A stretch of 42,273 bases of DNA from a virus (IMGVR_UViG_2908959467_000004); one strand, 5' to 3'; counted from the stretch's first letter, positions 19,976-29,711 are shown. Translations and numbers: made by a program. Notes: a model not told the origin generated them from the letters alone.

Positions 19976-21293
19976 TCTCGATGTCCTCGTCGGTAATGGA
20001 TGCCCCGATGCCGGTTACGTCAGAATTTTCGCGCAAATCAGTCATAGCGGCTTTCAGTGTCATCAGACCATCACCCAGCGCTGTACTGATTGCGTTGGTG
20101 GTATTTAACGCCACCGTTGAACGATCGACATCAGACATTTGCCAGAGCGGGTTAAACTCAAACGTGAAATCATCCGGGAGCGGCTTGCCAAGTTCCGAAC
20201 GATGCATGATGTCCAGTATCCGCCGTACCGGAAGACGTAAACGCCTCTCCTGCAACGAGCTTACCCGGTCGTAATAGTTGGCAAGGTCTGCATCGCCGGT
20301 AGAAAATCCCTTCGGGGACTGTCCGAACAACCGCACCAGTGGGATACCAACAGCGCCACTAATCTGTTCTGCAAACTGTGAAAGGATGTCATCCAGACCA
20401 CTGAAGCTGTACTGATGGGTTTCAAACTTATCCCGCGAGTCCATGAGCGTCATGCCTTCATTGCTCTGGAACTGTCGAATCAGGTCGATATTCTTCAGCA
20501 ACGCTTCATACGCAGGACCACCAAGTGCGATAAGCTCACGTAGCTTCTCCACGCTGTAGGTACGCAGATGCGCCTTGTAGACCAGCTGCGCCGCACCGAC
20601 AGTAGCGCTGTCGAACGCGGTAAGACGATCCCAGATACGCTCTACAACCGACATTCCCCATTCGTTCTCGGTCATCTTCTGCTGAAATGGCAGCGTGACG
20701 CCATCAAAGCGAATCAGGCGACTGTGATGAATGCGCCAGGCAGGAATTCCCGTTGCTGTGGTCACCACATCGTAAAACTCAGGTTTACCCAGGTCCGGCC
20801 CCATATCTTTAATGCGGCGGGTCAGTACCGGGTCAATCATCCAGCGGTCGAGCGGGAGAATCCCCTTAAACTTGCCCTTACCGATGGTTTCGGGTCGCAG
20901 CGGGGTCATTGGTGCCTGCCCCTCAATCATGATGAAACCCACCGCGCCGCCGTAGAGGCGCGACCATTTCAGCACGTCATTCAGCGCATCCCAGATTTGC
21001 AACTCATCCAGTTGTGATTCGAGAATGCCACGATCTTTTGCATCAATTTCCGAAGTGATGCGAATGCCTTTGCGGGTCATATCATCCGGGATAGCATCGA
21101 CTGCTTCGCCGATGATCCAGGATGAACGATAGGACCATTCCACCAGCATGCGGTTACGACTGGTGAAATTAGCCCGGTAGGTGGATGCTGAGTGCTGGTT
21201 AGGTGTCTGCATCCCTACGCGGGCGATAAAATTCTCATAACCATCAGCTGTGGCCTGCGCAGTTCGCCGCAGGGCTTGTTTGTTTCGTGCCAT
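19827..21293 (-). CDS. portal protein
   Basis: 488 aa; immediately downstream of terminase large subunit (start overlaps its stop); acidic C-terminal tail. Confidence 0.75.
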   Translation of the reverse strand: MARNKQALRRTAQATADGYENFIARVGMQTPNQHSASTYRANFTSRNRMLVEWSYRSSWIIGEAVDAIPDDMTRKGIRITSEIDAKDRGILESQLDELQIWDALNDVLKWSRLYGGAVGFIMIEGQAPMTPLRPETIGKGKFKGILPLDRWMIDPVLTRRIKDMGPDLGKPEFYDVVTTATGIPAWRIHHSRLIRFDGVTLPFQQKMTENEWGMSVVERIWDRLTAFDSATVGAAQLVYKAHLRTYSVEKLRELIALGGPAYEALLKNIDLIRQFQSNEGMTLMDSRDKFETHQYSFSGLDDILSQFAEQISGAVGIPLVRLFGQSPKGFSTGDADLANYYDRVSSLQERRLRLPVRRILDIMHRSELGKPLPDDFTFEFNPLWQMSDVDRSTVALNTTNAISTALGDGLMTLKAAMTDLRENSDVTGIGASITDEDIENAEDEAPPGIGEPDDEPQEPSGGNPLSNQPTQDSAGGRRHRKWSLRWFK

Positions 21294-22915
21294 CAGGCCT
21301 GTCTCCCTAGCAACTCCCAGATGTTCAGGGCTGAATTCATTGGGGCATAGTTGATCATCACCGAGTCGGCAATATTTGGCGACCGGGTCCCATCAGGCTG
21401 TTTATCAATAACGATTTTCCCCACACCATTAATGGAATAGGTCGGCTGCGAAAGCTCGATGATGAGTTTATCTTTGAGTGCCATGCTACTGCTGATTGAG
21501 ATGATCTCGTCCGGGTTGTAAGCCATACCTTCAACCACGGCGCGCCAGGTATTCTGAAAAAGTTTACGTAACCGCCACCAGCTCTGGGCTTTGGCGTTAG
21601 CGAAGAAGTCCTTGTTCAGACGTGCGGCTTGCCCGTTGTCCCCGCGAACAGCTTCATCATCCGGATCAAATACCGCGCCACTACCTCGAAACGGTGTGGC
21701 GAGTATTGACGGTCGACGCGCAGCGTTACGCAGTTCGTTGATAGCGCGCGCATCGCCGCGAACGCCAGCGCCCAGCCCGTCCTCGTCAAAGCGAAACTCG
21801 TCGAGGTTGTCCTGTTCGCAAAAACCGAAAACCTTCTCAACTGACTGATAAATGTCGCTGCCCACACCGGACCATTCCCGCACATTTTCCAGGAGGAAGC
21901 CATGACGGGTGGAAAAGGCATTTTTGTCCCTGCCTTCGTCGGCGACATCCATCGCGCCAAGTCGTTTGCCTGTTGGCTGGATACCCAGTTTGATATGTGC
22001 ATCAACGGCAGCCTGTACCCATTCGGATGGAATCAGGACGCCTTCCGCTGATGCGCTGTAGTTCAGATCAAGTTCCTGTGCCACCACCACCGGATTATCG
22101 ATTTTCTCGCATTCCCTGCGATACCACTCTTCATCCTTGCGAGGATCATCCCGCCAGTGGAATGTGAATACCGGTATCTTTCCGCCATGACGCTTCTGAG
22201 CGAACGGGTTAGCCATGCCGTTAACTGAACTCAGGTCGATACGGCAACGCGTCGTTTGTGACAACGCCGCATCAATCAGCAGAGGACGCTGAAGGAATGC
22301 AGCCTCATCAACCAGATAAAGCGTGGTACGGTCACCACGACCAATATTATCGCCAGCCTCGCCTTTGATAACGGCACCAGTTTCAGGAAACTCAACACGC
22401 ATATATGGCGCGTGCTTCTTCTCGCTCCACGAACCGCGAAACTCTACAGGTAGCGTTTCCACGAACTTGCGCGCCTTCCAGAACAATGCTTTCGGGTCAC
22501 CAGTGCTGTCGACGTATTCCTCTTTACGGGAGCCGAAACCGATAACCATTTCTTTGTTGAAGAGACAAAGCGAGCAGGCCAGTCCGATCGCGGTCCAACT
22601 GAGCCCCATTTCACGGGATTTTTCGGTAATACCATTCTCCCGATTGCTCCAGCGTTCCATAATCCAGTGGATCCACTCCTCCTGCTTAGGGAAGAGTAAA
22701 AACGGAATGGTCACCGGCAGGCCATAATCAATATTACGCGGGTCCGTTGTCATGCCCCAGTCGATGATGAACTGAGCCGGATTAGTTCGGTAAAACTGTT
22801 TTAGTGCAGGCAATATTTCAGGATTCTGGCGAATGCGCTGTAGGCGTTCCATCCGCCATTCAAAAACCATCTGGTAATCAGGATGTTTAAAATCGAAGGG
22901 GAATGGTAACGGCAT
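21293..22915 (-). CDS. terminase large subunit
   Basis: 540 aa; ATPase-like N-terminal region and nuclease-like C-terminal region; follows the small subunit gene. Confidence 0.85.
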   Translation of the reverse strand: MPLPFPFDFKHPDYQMVFEWRMERLQRIRQNPEILPALKQFYRTNPAQFIIDWGMTTDPRNIDYGLPVTIPFLLFPKQEEWIHWIMERWSNRENGITEKSREMGLSWTAIGLACSLCLFNKEMVIGFGSRKEEYVDSTGDPKALFWKARKFVETLPVEFRGSWSEKKHAPYMRVEFPETGAVIKGEAGDNIGRGDRTTLYLVDEAAFLQRPLLIDAALSQTTRCRIDLSSVNGMANPFAQKRHGGKIPVFTFHWRDDPRKDEEWYRRECEKIDNPVVVAQELDLNYSASAEGVLIPSEWVQAAVDAHIKLGIQPTGKRLGAMDVADEGRDKNAFSTRHGFLLENVREWSGVGSDIYQSVEKVFGFCEQDNLDEFRFDEDGLGAGVRGDARAINELRNAARRPSILATPFRGSGAVFDPDDEAVRGDNGQAARLNKDFFANAKAQSWWRLRKLFQNTWRAVVEGMAYNPDEIISISSSMALKDKLIIELSQPTYSINGVGKIVIDKQPDGTRSPNIADSVMINYAPMNSALNIWELLGRQA

Positions 22916-22917
22916 AC

Positions 22918-23490
22918 TTAGCCCATTATTTTTCTATACGCCTCTGCAGCCTGCTCCGGCGTTAAGTTGGTAATTTCTGTTCTGACTGGTCCTCCATCAG
23001 CGCCAGTCACTTCATTTTTGACGTTGTCTTTAAACGCCTGAACAGAAACATGACGCCCAAGCAACTCAAGGTTTTTAACCTTATCAGGCCACTTAATCTT
23101 TTTAAGGATCCCGACCATTTCTCTGTCATCTCCTCGCCCCTCAAACATTTCCGCGAGGTTAAATCCACTCAGGTACCGACGCCACGATTCCGGCCACGCA
23201 GACAGAGGCTTAATACTTAAATCGTCCTCCAGGATGTCAGCCACATCGAGCCTGTCGATCTCAACCAGTCGCATCAGCACATAATTCGCATCAATGCCCA
23301 GTTGATCAATACGCTCCTGCTTTAGCTCGTTGATGCGGGCGCGTATCTCAGGTTTACCGTATAGTTCAGCCCCCGTAACATGTGCTCGCCTGGAGGCGTA
23401 GCCTGCGCGAATAGCTGCTTGTGTAGCATTAAGATCGACAAGAAACTCGCGACAAAACACCTCGTGTTTTGCTTTCAGCTTCTTAGTCAT
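22918..23490 (-). CDS. terminase small subunit
   Basis: 190 aa; N-terminus [32 protein letters not shown] is a typical small-terminase DNA-binding motif. Confidence 0.8.
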   Translation of the reverse strand: MTKKLKAKHEVFCREFLVDLNATQAAIRAGYASRRAHVTGAELYGKPEIRARINELKQERIDQLGIDANYVLMRLVEIDRLDVADILEDDLSIKPLSAWPESWRRYLSGFNLAEMFEGRGDDREMVGILKKIKWPDKVKNLELLGRHVSVQAFKDNVKNEVTGADGGPVRTEITNLTPEQAAEAYRKIMG

Positions 23491-23551
23491 TTTATTTTCC
23501 AGTTATCAGGTCATTATCGAAGCCCCTCCAAGAAGAGCTTCTGTAATGCTA

Positions 23552-24076
23552 TTACCGGGATTGTTCTATTTGTCGGACACCAGCCAACTGGTTATTCGCC
23601 TTCTCGATGGCTGCCAACAATGGGTTAATCCACAGAACAGCCTGGCAATATGTCAACGTTCTGGTGGTAGTGGCACGATCACCGGCTGGGTCAATGTACC
23701 CGGAATCGGCGTGCACTGAGCTGGCGCGTAAACGGTTCGCGTAGTTGAGCAACCCGACAGCAATATCAGCAGGAACAGGGAAATCACAGTTCTTTTCACG
23801 GAGCAGAACCTCACGGTATTTGATGACTGTCTTCTCGTGACCGATGTCGACCAGAGAATTTAATCGGCTTGCGTTTTCTGCTATCTGGTTAAAACGATTG
23901 AAGTTGAATGCCTGATTAGCTATCACTTTCCCTTGATATTCAGCTTCACCTTCCGCTTTATCAGCCCGCAACTTTTCTGCCTGATACTTGCTATGGTAAT
24001 GGTTTGCAAGCCAGACGAGCGCCCCAAAGGCAGTGAAGAAAAATGCCGCGATGACAATCTTATAAGTCAGCTTCAT
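23552..24076 (-). CDS. Rz-like inner-membrane spanin
   Basis: 174 aa; N-terminal TM ending WLANHY (lambda Rz has WAVNHY) then coiled-coil; start overlaps the endolysin stop. Confidence 0.55.
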   Translation of the reverse strand: MKLTYKIVIAAFFFTAFGALVWLANHYHSKYQAEKLRADKAEGEAEYQGKVIANQAFNFNRFNQIAENASRLNSLVDIGHEKTVIKYREVLLREKNCDFPVPADIAVGLLNYANRLRASSVHADSGYIDPAGDRATTTRTLTYCQAVLWINPLLAAIEKANNQLAGVRQIEQSR

Positions 24077-24536
24077 TTACCACCCCACCAGCATCTTTAA
24101 ACCTGGAAATCAGGTCACCGATTTTATGTTCATACTGACCGTAACCTGCACCAGGTAACGACGCCCAGATATTGCTGCAACGGTCGATTGCCTGACGAAT
24201 ATCGCCGCAGTCAATCATCGGTAAAGCGCCACGCTCTTTAATCTGCTGCAGCGCCACAGAGTCCTGACTTTCTGGCGAAAAATCTTTCAGGCCAAGCTGC
24301 TTGCGGTAGGCATCCCACCAACGGGAAAGAATCTGGTAACGTCCGGCGGCTGTTGATTTGAGTTTAGAGTTTAGCGTGACAAGTTTGCGAGGGTGATCGG
24401 AGTAATCAGTGAACAGTTCGCCACCAACAATAACATCATAACCGTGGTTACGTGTCGGTTGTCGCCCGTTATCCGTTCCTTCTGACCATGCCACCATATC
24501 AAGGAAAGCTTTACGCTGGGGATTTAGTACCTGCAT
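24060..24536 (-). CDS. R: endolysin, lytic transglycosylase (lambda R-like)
   Basis: 158 aa; closely matches lambda R as I recall it (QRKAFLDM.AWSEGTDNGRQ.TRNHGYDVIVGGELFTDYSDHPRKLVTLN...). Confidence 0.9.
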   Translation of the reverse strand: MQVLNPQRKAFLDMVAWSEGTDNGRQPTRNHGYDVIVGGELFTDYSDHPRKLVTLNSKLKSTAAGRYQILSRWWDAYRKQLGLKDFSPESQDSVALQQIKERGALPMIDCGDIRQAIDRCSNIWASLPGAGYGQYEHKIGDLISRFKDAGGVVNEADL

Positions 24537-24539
24537 AAA

Positions 24540-24899
24540 TTACTCCTTCGAGCTACCAAATTTGTTACCGATTACTCGCATTGCAGCCCCACGAATAGCA
24601 TCGACACCGATCAGCCCCACGCCACCACCAATGGCAACAGAAAGCGATTTAGGCCATCCGACATACTCAAGAGCGGATGCAAAGGTCAGCGTCAGTGCGC
24701 CGCAGAGCAAAATCTCAAGCGTTTTTCGTTTCCAGCCGCCGCCACCGCCAAAATAGGCAATGCGCAAACCAGCCATAACAATCGACATAACCACTGCGCC
24801 CAACGGCGTATCTCCACGCCACCAACTTTGTAAGAGTTCCAGTAAGTCAGGCCAGGAATGAGGAGCATTGTGCATTTTCATACTTCCCACCTCCGCCAT
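24540..24899 (-). CDS. holin
   Basis: 119 aa; hydrophobic helices; nested start codons (MAEVGSMKM) typical of holin/antiholin; immediately upstream of the endolysin. Confidence 0.65.
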   Translation of the reverse strand: MAEVGSMKMHNAPHSWPDLLELLQSWWRGDTPLGAVVMSIVMAGLRIAYFGGGGGWKRKTLEILLCGALTLTFASALEYVGWPKSLSVAIGGGVGLIGVDAIRGAAMRVIGNKFGSSKE

Positions 24900-24982
24900 T
24901 ACGGGGTGTTGTTGAAAGGCGGGCCCTGCGTATACGCCCGTAGGATTGGGTTATGAGCCGTCCTTCGGTGGGCCCTGAATAC

Positions 24983-25005
24983 AAAAAAAGTTCGCCATAG
25001 CGAAC
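24983..25005 (-). terminator. putative intrinsic terminator in the late leader (tR'-like)
   Basis: Minus strand GTTCGC-TATG-GCGAAC followed by TTTTTTT. Confidence 0.45.
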
Positions 25006-25236
25006 CTTGTTAAATTTGTTAAAAAAGAAGGTTGTTTAACATAATGTACGTTATAGGAACCACACGATCCCCGCTCGCAATAGATTTGCGATGAAAGGCC
25101 TATTTAATCAACTTAAGTGGTCCAGAATGGCGAAATTCGAGTGAATAAAAGGTGCATAAAAAAGGGCAAAAACTGCATAGCGTTTTTTTCGCGACGAAAA
25201 CCCTGTTTTATTAACTTTTACTGAGAATAGAGCATT

Positions 25237-25258
25237 AAAAAAGCCCCCTTGCGGGAGC
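25237..25258 (-). terminator. putative intrinsic terminator after the Q operon
   Basis: Minus strand GCTCCC-GCAA-GGGGGC (GNRA loop, one G-U pair) followed by TTTTTT. Confidence 0.4.
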
Positions 25259-25326
25259 CTATTCGTGATGAACTGTTTTCAACAGATATCAGGCTAATCG
25301 GCTTTTTGGAATTCCACAACTATTTT

Positions 25327-25668
25327 TTATCTTACCTTGATGCCTGATGCCGTCAGATGTTTACGACAGTCCTGAATACCTTCGTTATAACCCGCATCGT
25401 AGAAGCTATCCGGCTTTGCCTTCAGCGCAGGAAGCGTAACGCTGGTAGCTCTTCGTTCGGCCAGAACACCTGCCTGAAAGAGTGTCCACATCAACTGAAC
25501 TGCTGAATCACAATAAGTAACATCTTCACTGTACAATTCTCGTTCAATCCTGATGCCAAGTTGAGCCTTCATTGATGCGCCAATATTACCTTTGACCTGC
25601 AACGACAAGTCTGGATACCTCTGTTCCATGAAGCTTTCAAATCTGTTGCGAACGCTGATCAGAGCCAT
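25327..25668 (-). CDS. hypothetical protein co-transcribed with the Q-like gene
   Basis: 113 aa; SD AAGGGA 5 nt upstream of ATG; 31 nt downstream of the Q-like stop. Confidence 0.45.
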   Translation of the reverse strand: MALISVRNRFESFMEQRYPDLSLQVKGNIGASMKAQLGIRIERELYSEDVTYCDSAVQLMWTLFQAGVLAERRATSVTLPALKAKPDSFYDAGYNEGIQDCRKHLTASGIKVR

Positions 25669-25699
25669 CTGGTTCCCTTACGTGATTGATTGCTGGATA

Positions 25700-26122
25700 T
25701 TATGCCGCCGAGCAGCTCCTACGCAATGTCCTGATAGCCTGAGGCTTTGACTGAACCGACTGATCCATTTCGAGCACCACATCCAGCATGGCTAAGCAAC
25801 CGTCAATAAATCCCTCTGCCGCCTGAAGCCTCTTCAGAACGTGGGTGTGAGATACGCCGAGCTTCTCACCCATCGTCCGCACGGGCATGGCCTGGACGTA
25901 ATGCCACTCAAGGAGCGTGCACAGATACGGATCTTTTTTCTTCAGGCAGCTCATAGCGGAGTTGATGATAAGACCGTCATTGTCACTGCATTTCAGCCTT
26001 CCAGAGTGCGTCGCGGGTAGCAGATTCTTAAACCCAGCTGCAACAGGAGGAAAGTAGACGCTACCACCTTCACTCGCTGCCCAGCCACCCCAGCGCTCTA
26101 AAACCTGTTGAATATTACGCAT
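25700..26122 (-). CDS. late-gene antiterminator (Q-like)
   Basis: 140 aa; between replication genes and the lysis cassette, followed by a regulatory region with terminators; HTH-like segment MGEKLGVSHTHVLKRLQ. Confidence 0.5.
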   Translation of the reverse strand: MRNIQQVLERWGGWAASEGGSVYFPPVAAGFKNLLPATHSGRLKCSDNDGLIINSAMSCLKKKDPYLCTLLEWHYVQAMPVRTMGEKLGVSHTHVLKRLQAAEGFIDGCLAMLDVVLEMDQSVQSKPQAIRTLRRSCSAA

Positions 26123-26239
26123 AGCTCTGACCTCTACGTTTTGCTACGAAAAAATTTTCTGAGAACTACGTCTGTTTATCCGTGGGTGTGGATAACGCAG
26201 TTTCGATTCGCTTATTACACGCTGTTATGTGCAAAAAAT

Positions 26240-26440
26240 TCCTTGTTCGGCCTGTACCAGCCTGTACCCACCTGTACCAGCTCTTTTCAAACCTTTTCCC
26301 CAAGCGACTTATATATATATATGGGGTTCTTAGTAATTAGGTTGGTACAGTTGGTACAGTTGGTACTGGCCTTTAAATTCAATTAGTTAAATGTACCAAC
26401 CTCTATTTTGAGGCTGGTACAGGTTGGGACACCGCCTCAA
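26240..26440. repeat. putative replication origin: TGTACCA iterons in both orientations flanking an alternating AT tract
   Basis: CCTGTACC(A/C)(G/A) x3 at 26251-26280; (TA)n tract ~26308-26325; GTTGGTACA x3 at 26339-26367; TGTACCAAC at 26392-26400; CCTGTACCAGCC (minus) at 26417-26428 inside the primase 3' end. Confidence 0.6.
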
Positions 26441-28595
26441 AAATTCGAGTCATTTTTCCGTCAACACGACGTTGAACACGCTTATACCCGCAATTTTGCA
26501 AAACATTACTAATTCGCATTTCTTCGCGTTTTCCGATGCGGTCAGGATTTAGCCCAATCGCATCACGCAAAACATCACTTGCGCGTAAAAATTCGCAATT
26601 TCGCGGAAGTTCATTAGTCATCAGGTCGGGCGTGTCGAGCCATTTCTCTACCGTTTCAAGCCAAGCATCCTTGATGGTGTACTGTTCATGGACACTCGCT
26701 GCCAGTTGTTCAGCCTCACGGAACTGGATACCCCCCAGACGCTGAAACACCTCACGAGCCTCAGCCCAAAGTAAAAGGAGATCTCTTTTTATCGCTTTCA
26801 CGTCGACTTTCGACACTTCCACGGGGAGCCAGCGACGGTTACCAGTCTTGTCCGCAAGGAATTCGTCCTCATTGGTGGTACCAACGAACACCAGGCGACG
26901 AGGAAACTGGGTGGCGAACTCCCGGTATTTCGGGATCCAGTTTTCGTGAGTACGCGTCACAAACGCTTTGATTGACTCCAGCTCTTTGGTATTAAGTCCG
27001 CGCAGTTCACCAATCTCTGCCACCAGCCGACCACGCATTTTTCGAGCGAGATCATCGTCTTTTTCGGCAAAAGAGATTTCAGTAAAAAACGCAGGATCAG
27101 GGCTCAGTGCCTCCACTCCGGAAGACTTACCGCAGCCCTGCGGACCAACGAGGATCGGCACCATATCCGCTTTGATGCCTGGCTCCAGTACTCGCCCCGC
27201 CAACGCGGTCCACATGTACATAGACACCGCACGGGTATAAGGCGTGTCGGCGGTACCGAAGTGCGTATGGTAGAAACATTCGATGCGCGGCACGCCATCC
27301 CACTCCAGTCCGTTCAGCCAGGTGATCGCTGAATCGAATGGTTGTTCATCGGCTGCAAGTAACACCACATCGCGAATAAGTTCACGACCAACAGGTTTAA
27401 ATCCCCGCTTTTCCATCGTGATGCGCAGGCGCGCATAATCCGCATCGGTGAATGCCCGCCATTGTCCGGATCCTGCAGGGGCAAACATGATTTCGTCGCG
27501 GAACTGGTCAAAGCGAATATCGATGTCCACAAAATCAGGGCGTACTACTGCTTTGGCTGCGTTGCTGATGGTTGCCTCGATACGCCCCCATTTATCACGC
27601 TCGAAAGCAGGCAGCGGTAAAGGTTCCGCCACTTCGGTGCTGGTCAGATCTTCGAAATCGTCGTTGCGGATCCCGATGGCATTAAGGAAATCTCCGTCAT
27701 CACGATGCGCACAACTGGCATGCAGGCATTTAAAATGCCCCTGCTCAAAGCCCGCGGTTCCCGCAGGAAAATAAACTGTGCTTGTTGGATCGCCCCCGCT
27801 ACTGTGGCCGTCTTCAAACGGACAGCGGATATATCGTTCACCATTTGCGCCATCCAGCAGCGTCCAGCCATTGGCATCAAGATATTCAGCTGTATCATCC
27901 GTCGCGCCGGGCGTGAATGCTGATCGGTCGCGCATCTTCGTGTTGCCCGCTTCGGTGGTTACCGACACAGGGAGTTGTTCAGCCAGGCGCTGCCACAGCG
28001 TTTCAAGCTGCTCACCAGTAATAGCCGGAGGTTCATCCGGCAAACCGCCGTCCCATTCAATACGCGCGCCGCTGCTGTGCGTACCGCAGGCAACGAACTG
28101 CTGCCCGTTCGCCAGCAACTCGATAATGCCCATATCCCCCGCCAGGCGATGGATACGCTTACGGAAATCACCATCAACGGCCAGCAGATACAGACACTTA
28201 TTACTGTTTGCTCGCCAGCGTCGCGGCGGCAACTCCCCCAGAAGTTGCACAAGCGTTTTGCGAATATCTGCCTGAATGTCTTCATCTTCGCTATCGCAGT
28301 CCAGCGCCAGCCAGCCATGGCCTGTACGCACGCAGATGCCATAATCCGGTTCATTCGACCAGCGGGCAAAATCATGCTCAGTAACAACATGCCCAGTCCA
28401 TTGAGCAATACCGGTGACCTGGCGGTCCCGGTTATAGCGACTCGGCGTCTTACCCAACGCTTTCAGTTTACTATCAGGGGATATGGTCGCACTGGGGTTA
28501 CATACAACTGGGAGAAGATGATCAGTTCTCCCCAATACCAGGTCGAAATGAAACCACTCATCAGGCGTAGCTCCCCATGGTTTGCTATCGGACAT
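26403..28595 (-). CDS. replicative primase-helicase (P4 alpha/D5-like, with primase-polymerase-like N-terminus)
   Basis: 730 aa; Walker A LVGPQGCGKSS in the C-terminal half; Cys/His cluster CPFEDGHSSGG...HFKCLHASCAH; first large gene of the Cro-side operon. Confidence 0.8.
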   Translation of the reverse strand: MSDSKPWGATPDEWFHFDLVLGRTDHLLPVVCNPSATISPDSKLKALGKTPSRYNRDRQVTGIAQWTGHVVTEHDFARWSNEPDYGICVRTGHGWLALDCDSEDEDIQADIRKTLVQLLGELPPRRWRANSNKCLYLLAVDGDFRKRIHRLAGDMGIIELLANGQQFVACGTHSSGARIEWDGGLPDEPPAITGEQLETLWQRLAEQLPVSVTTEAGNTKMRDRSAFTPGATDDTAEYLDANGWTLLDGANGERYIRCPFEDGHSSGGDPTSTVYFPAGTAGFEQGHFKCLHASCAHRDDGDFLNAIGIRNDDFEDLTSTEVAEPLPLPAFERDKWGRIEATISNAAKAVVRPDFVDIDIRFDQFRDEIMFAPAGSGQWRAFTDADYARLRITMEKRGFKPVGRELIRDVVLLAADEQPFDSAITWLNGLEWDGVPRIECFYHTHFGTADTPYTRAVSMYMWTALAGRVLEPGIKADMVPILVGPQGCGKSSGVEALSPDPAFFTEISFAEKDDDLARKMRGRLVAEIGELRGLNTKELESIKAFVTRTHENWIPKYREFATQFPRRLVFVGTTNEDEFLADKTGNRRWLPVEVSKVDVKAIKRDLLLLWAEAREVFQRLGGIQFREAEQLAASVHEQYTIKDAWLETVEKWLDTPDLMTNELPRNCEFLRASDVLRDAIGLNPDRIGKREEMRISNVLQNCGYKRVQRRVDGKMTRIFEAVSQPVPASK

Positions 28596-28598
28596 GGG

Positions 28599-28811
28599 TT
28601 AAGCCTTTTTATCGTTTTGTGAGCCATACAACAGCCAATTAGGGTCGCAATCCAATGCTATAGACATTTCAAGAAGATAACGTGGCCGAGCAATAACACC
28701 ACTTTCAATTCTGTTTATTGCCTGCTGGCTCACTCCTGTGAGCTCAGCCAACGTAACTTGCGTCATTTTGAGTTCTTTACGTCGTTCTTTTACTCGGGTC
28801 GCTAAGGTCAT
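28599..28811 (-). CDS. Cro-like HTH repressor (XRE family)
   Basis: 70 aa from ATG at 28811 (SD GAGGTG); HTH MTQVTLAELTGVSQQAINRIESG; divergent from the CI-like gene and first in the lytic operon. Confidence 0.7.
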   Translation of the reverse strand: MTLATRVKERRKELKMTQVTLAELTGVSQQAINRIESGVIARPRYLLEMSIALDCDPNWLLYGSQNDKKA

Positions 28812-28838
28812 TGCTTTCACCTCATACAATTTTAGTGG

Positions 28839-28868
28839 TATTTAGCAACAACAAACGAGGTTTGTCAA
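28839..28868 (-). promoter_or_regulatory. pR-like promoter with overlapping operator
   Basis: Minus strand -35 TTGACA (28868-28863), 18-bp spacer, -10 TAAATA (28844-28839); inverted repeat GTATTTAGCAA/TTGTCAAATAC (28838-28872) overlaps both hexamers. Confidence 0.5.
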
Positions 28869-28880
28869 ATACAACAAAAA

Positions 28881-28909
28881 TTGTTTTTAATGTGGGGATA
28901 CACATTAAT
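28881..28909 (+). promoter_or_regulatory. pRM-like promoter with operator palindrome
   Basis: -35 TTGTTT (28881-28886), 17-bp spacer, -10 ATTAAT (28904-28909); perfect palindrome TTAATGTG-N6-CACATTAA at 28887-28908; ATACAA-N6-TTGTTT at 28869-28886. Confidence 0.4.
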
Positions 28910-28931
28910 ACAACCCAGAAGGACTAATCCC

Positions 28932-29555
28932 ATGTCTCTCGCAGCCCGTTTTAAAGCACGTCGTTTGGAATTAGGAATGACTCAAGTGGAAGTAGCGAAT
29001 TCTGCAGGGGTTAGCCAACAATCCATAGAATCCATCGAAAGTGGACGAACCAGAAAGCCACGCAATCTTCTGGATCTGGCTAAGGCCTTGAAATGTAGCC
29101 CAGACTGGCTACTGAACGGTAAAAATATTATGCCTCTCGCGGAGATAAGTACCAGACGCATACCTATATTAAGTTACGTTCAGGCAGGAGAGCTTACAGA
29201 AGCAAGAGACATAACAGATCTGACAGGGGAATTTGAATATATTTTGGCAGACTCTGACATTCCAGAAACATGCTTCGCATTACGTATCGATGGCGACAGC
29301 ATGCAACCAGAGTTTAAAGAAGGAGACATTGTTATCATCGATCCTGATCTATGTCCTGCACCAGGGGAGTTTGTTGTCGCCAAAAACGACGGTCACGAAG
29401 CTACATTTAAAAAATACCGTCCATTAGGAATCGGCATCGACGACTTTGAATTAATCCCCCTAAATCCTGATTACCCTATTTTTCGTAGTGCAGATATGAA
29501 CTTACAGATCATAGGTGTAATGATCGAACACCGTATTTACCGCCGTAAACGTTAG
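28932..29555 (+). CDS. CI-like repressor (HTH plus LexA/S24 peptidase domain)
   Basis: 207 aa from ATG at 28932 (SD AAGGA); HTH MTQVEVANSAGVSQQSIESIESG; S24 motifs GDSMQP and FKKY (Ser/Lys dyad). Confidence 0.8.
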   Translation: MSLAARFKARRLELGMTQVEVANSAGVSQQSIESIESGRTRKPRNLLDLAKALKCSPDWLLNGKNIMPLAEISTRRIPILSYVQAGELTEARDITDLTGEFEYILADSDIPETCFALRIDGDSMQPEFKEGDIVIIDPDLCPAPGEFVVAKNDGHEATFKKYRPLGIGIDDFELIPLNPDYPIFRSADMNLQIIGVMIEHRIYRRKR

Positions 29556-29574
29556 TATTCCCACCGTAAATATC

Positions 29575-29594
29575 GGGAGGCGTAACAGCCTCCC
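29575..29594 (+). terminator. GC-rich hairpin downstream of the CI-like gene (weak terminator candidate)
   Basis: GGGAGGC-GTAACA-GCCTCCC; the following tract is not strongly U-rich. Confidence 0.3.
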
Positions 29595-29682
29595 TTACCC
29601 CATTTGTAAAGTCTTACAAATTAAATTCACTTAAATATCAATAAAGTAGTATTCACACCCCCACAAAATACCACATCTGTGG

Positions 29683-29711
29683 TTTACACAATACAACTCA
29701 AATTGTATCTT
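29683..29711 (+). promoter_or_regulatory. pL-like early promoter with operator
   Basis: -35 TTTACA, 17-bp spacer, -10 TATCTT; palindrome ATACAA-N6-TTGTAT (29691-29708) overlaps it and matches the motif in the Cro/CI intergenic region; further palindrome TTTGTAA-N4-TTACAAA at 29603-29620. Confidence 0.45.

Noticed and set aside
23552-24076. Embedded Rz1-type outer-membrane spanin gene within the Rz-like gene
   Set aside because: Expected biologically, but I could not identify a convincing +1-frame lipoprotein ORF (signal peptide plus lipobox Cys) by eye; needs computational translation.
24900-25327. Possible tRNA or small RNA gene in the Q-holin intergenic region
   Set aside because: Lambdoid phages often carry tRNAs here, but I found no cloverleaf-compatible segment (no 7-bp acceptor pairing with a T-loop GTTCRANYC-like element); the hairpins present look like terminators.
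26251-26368. Short tandem repeats considered as a CRISPR array
   Set aside because: Repeat units are only 9-10 bp, directly abutting with no spacers and present in both orientations; consistent with iterons, not CRISPR.
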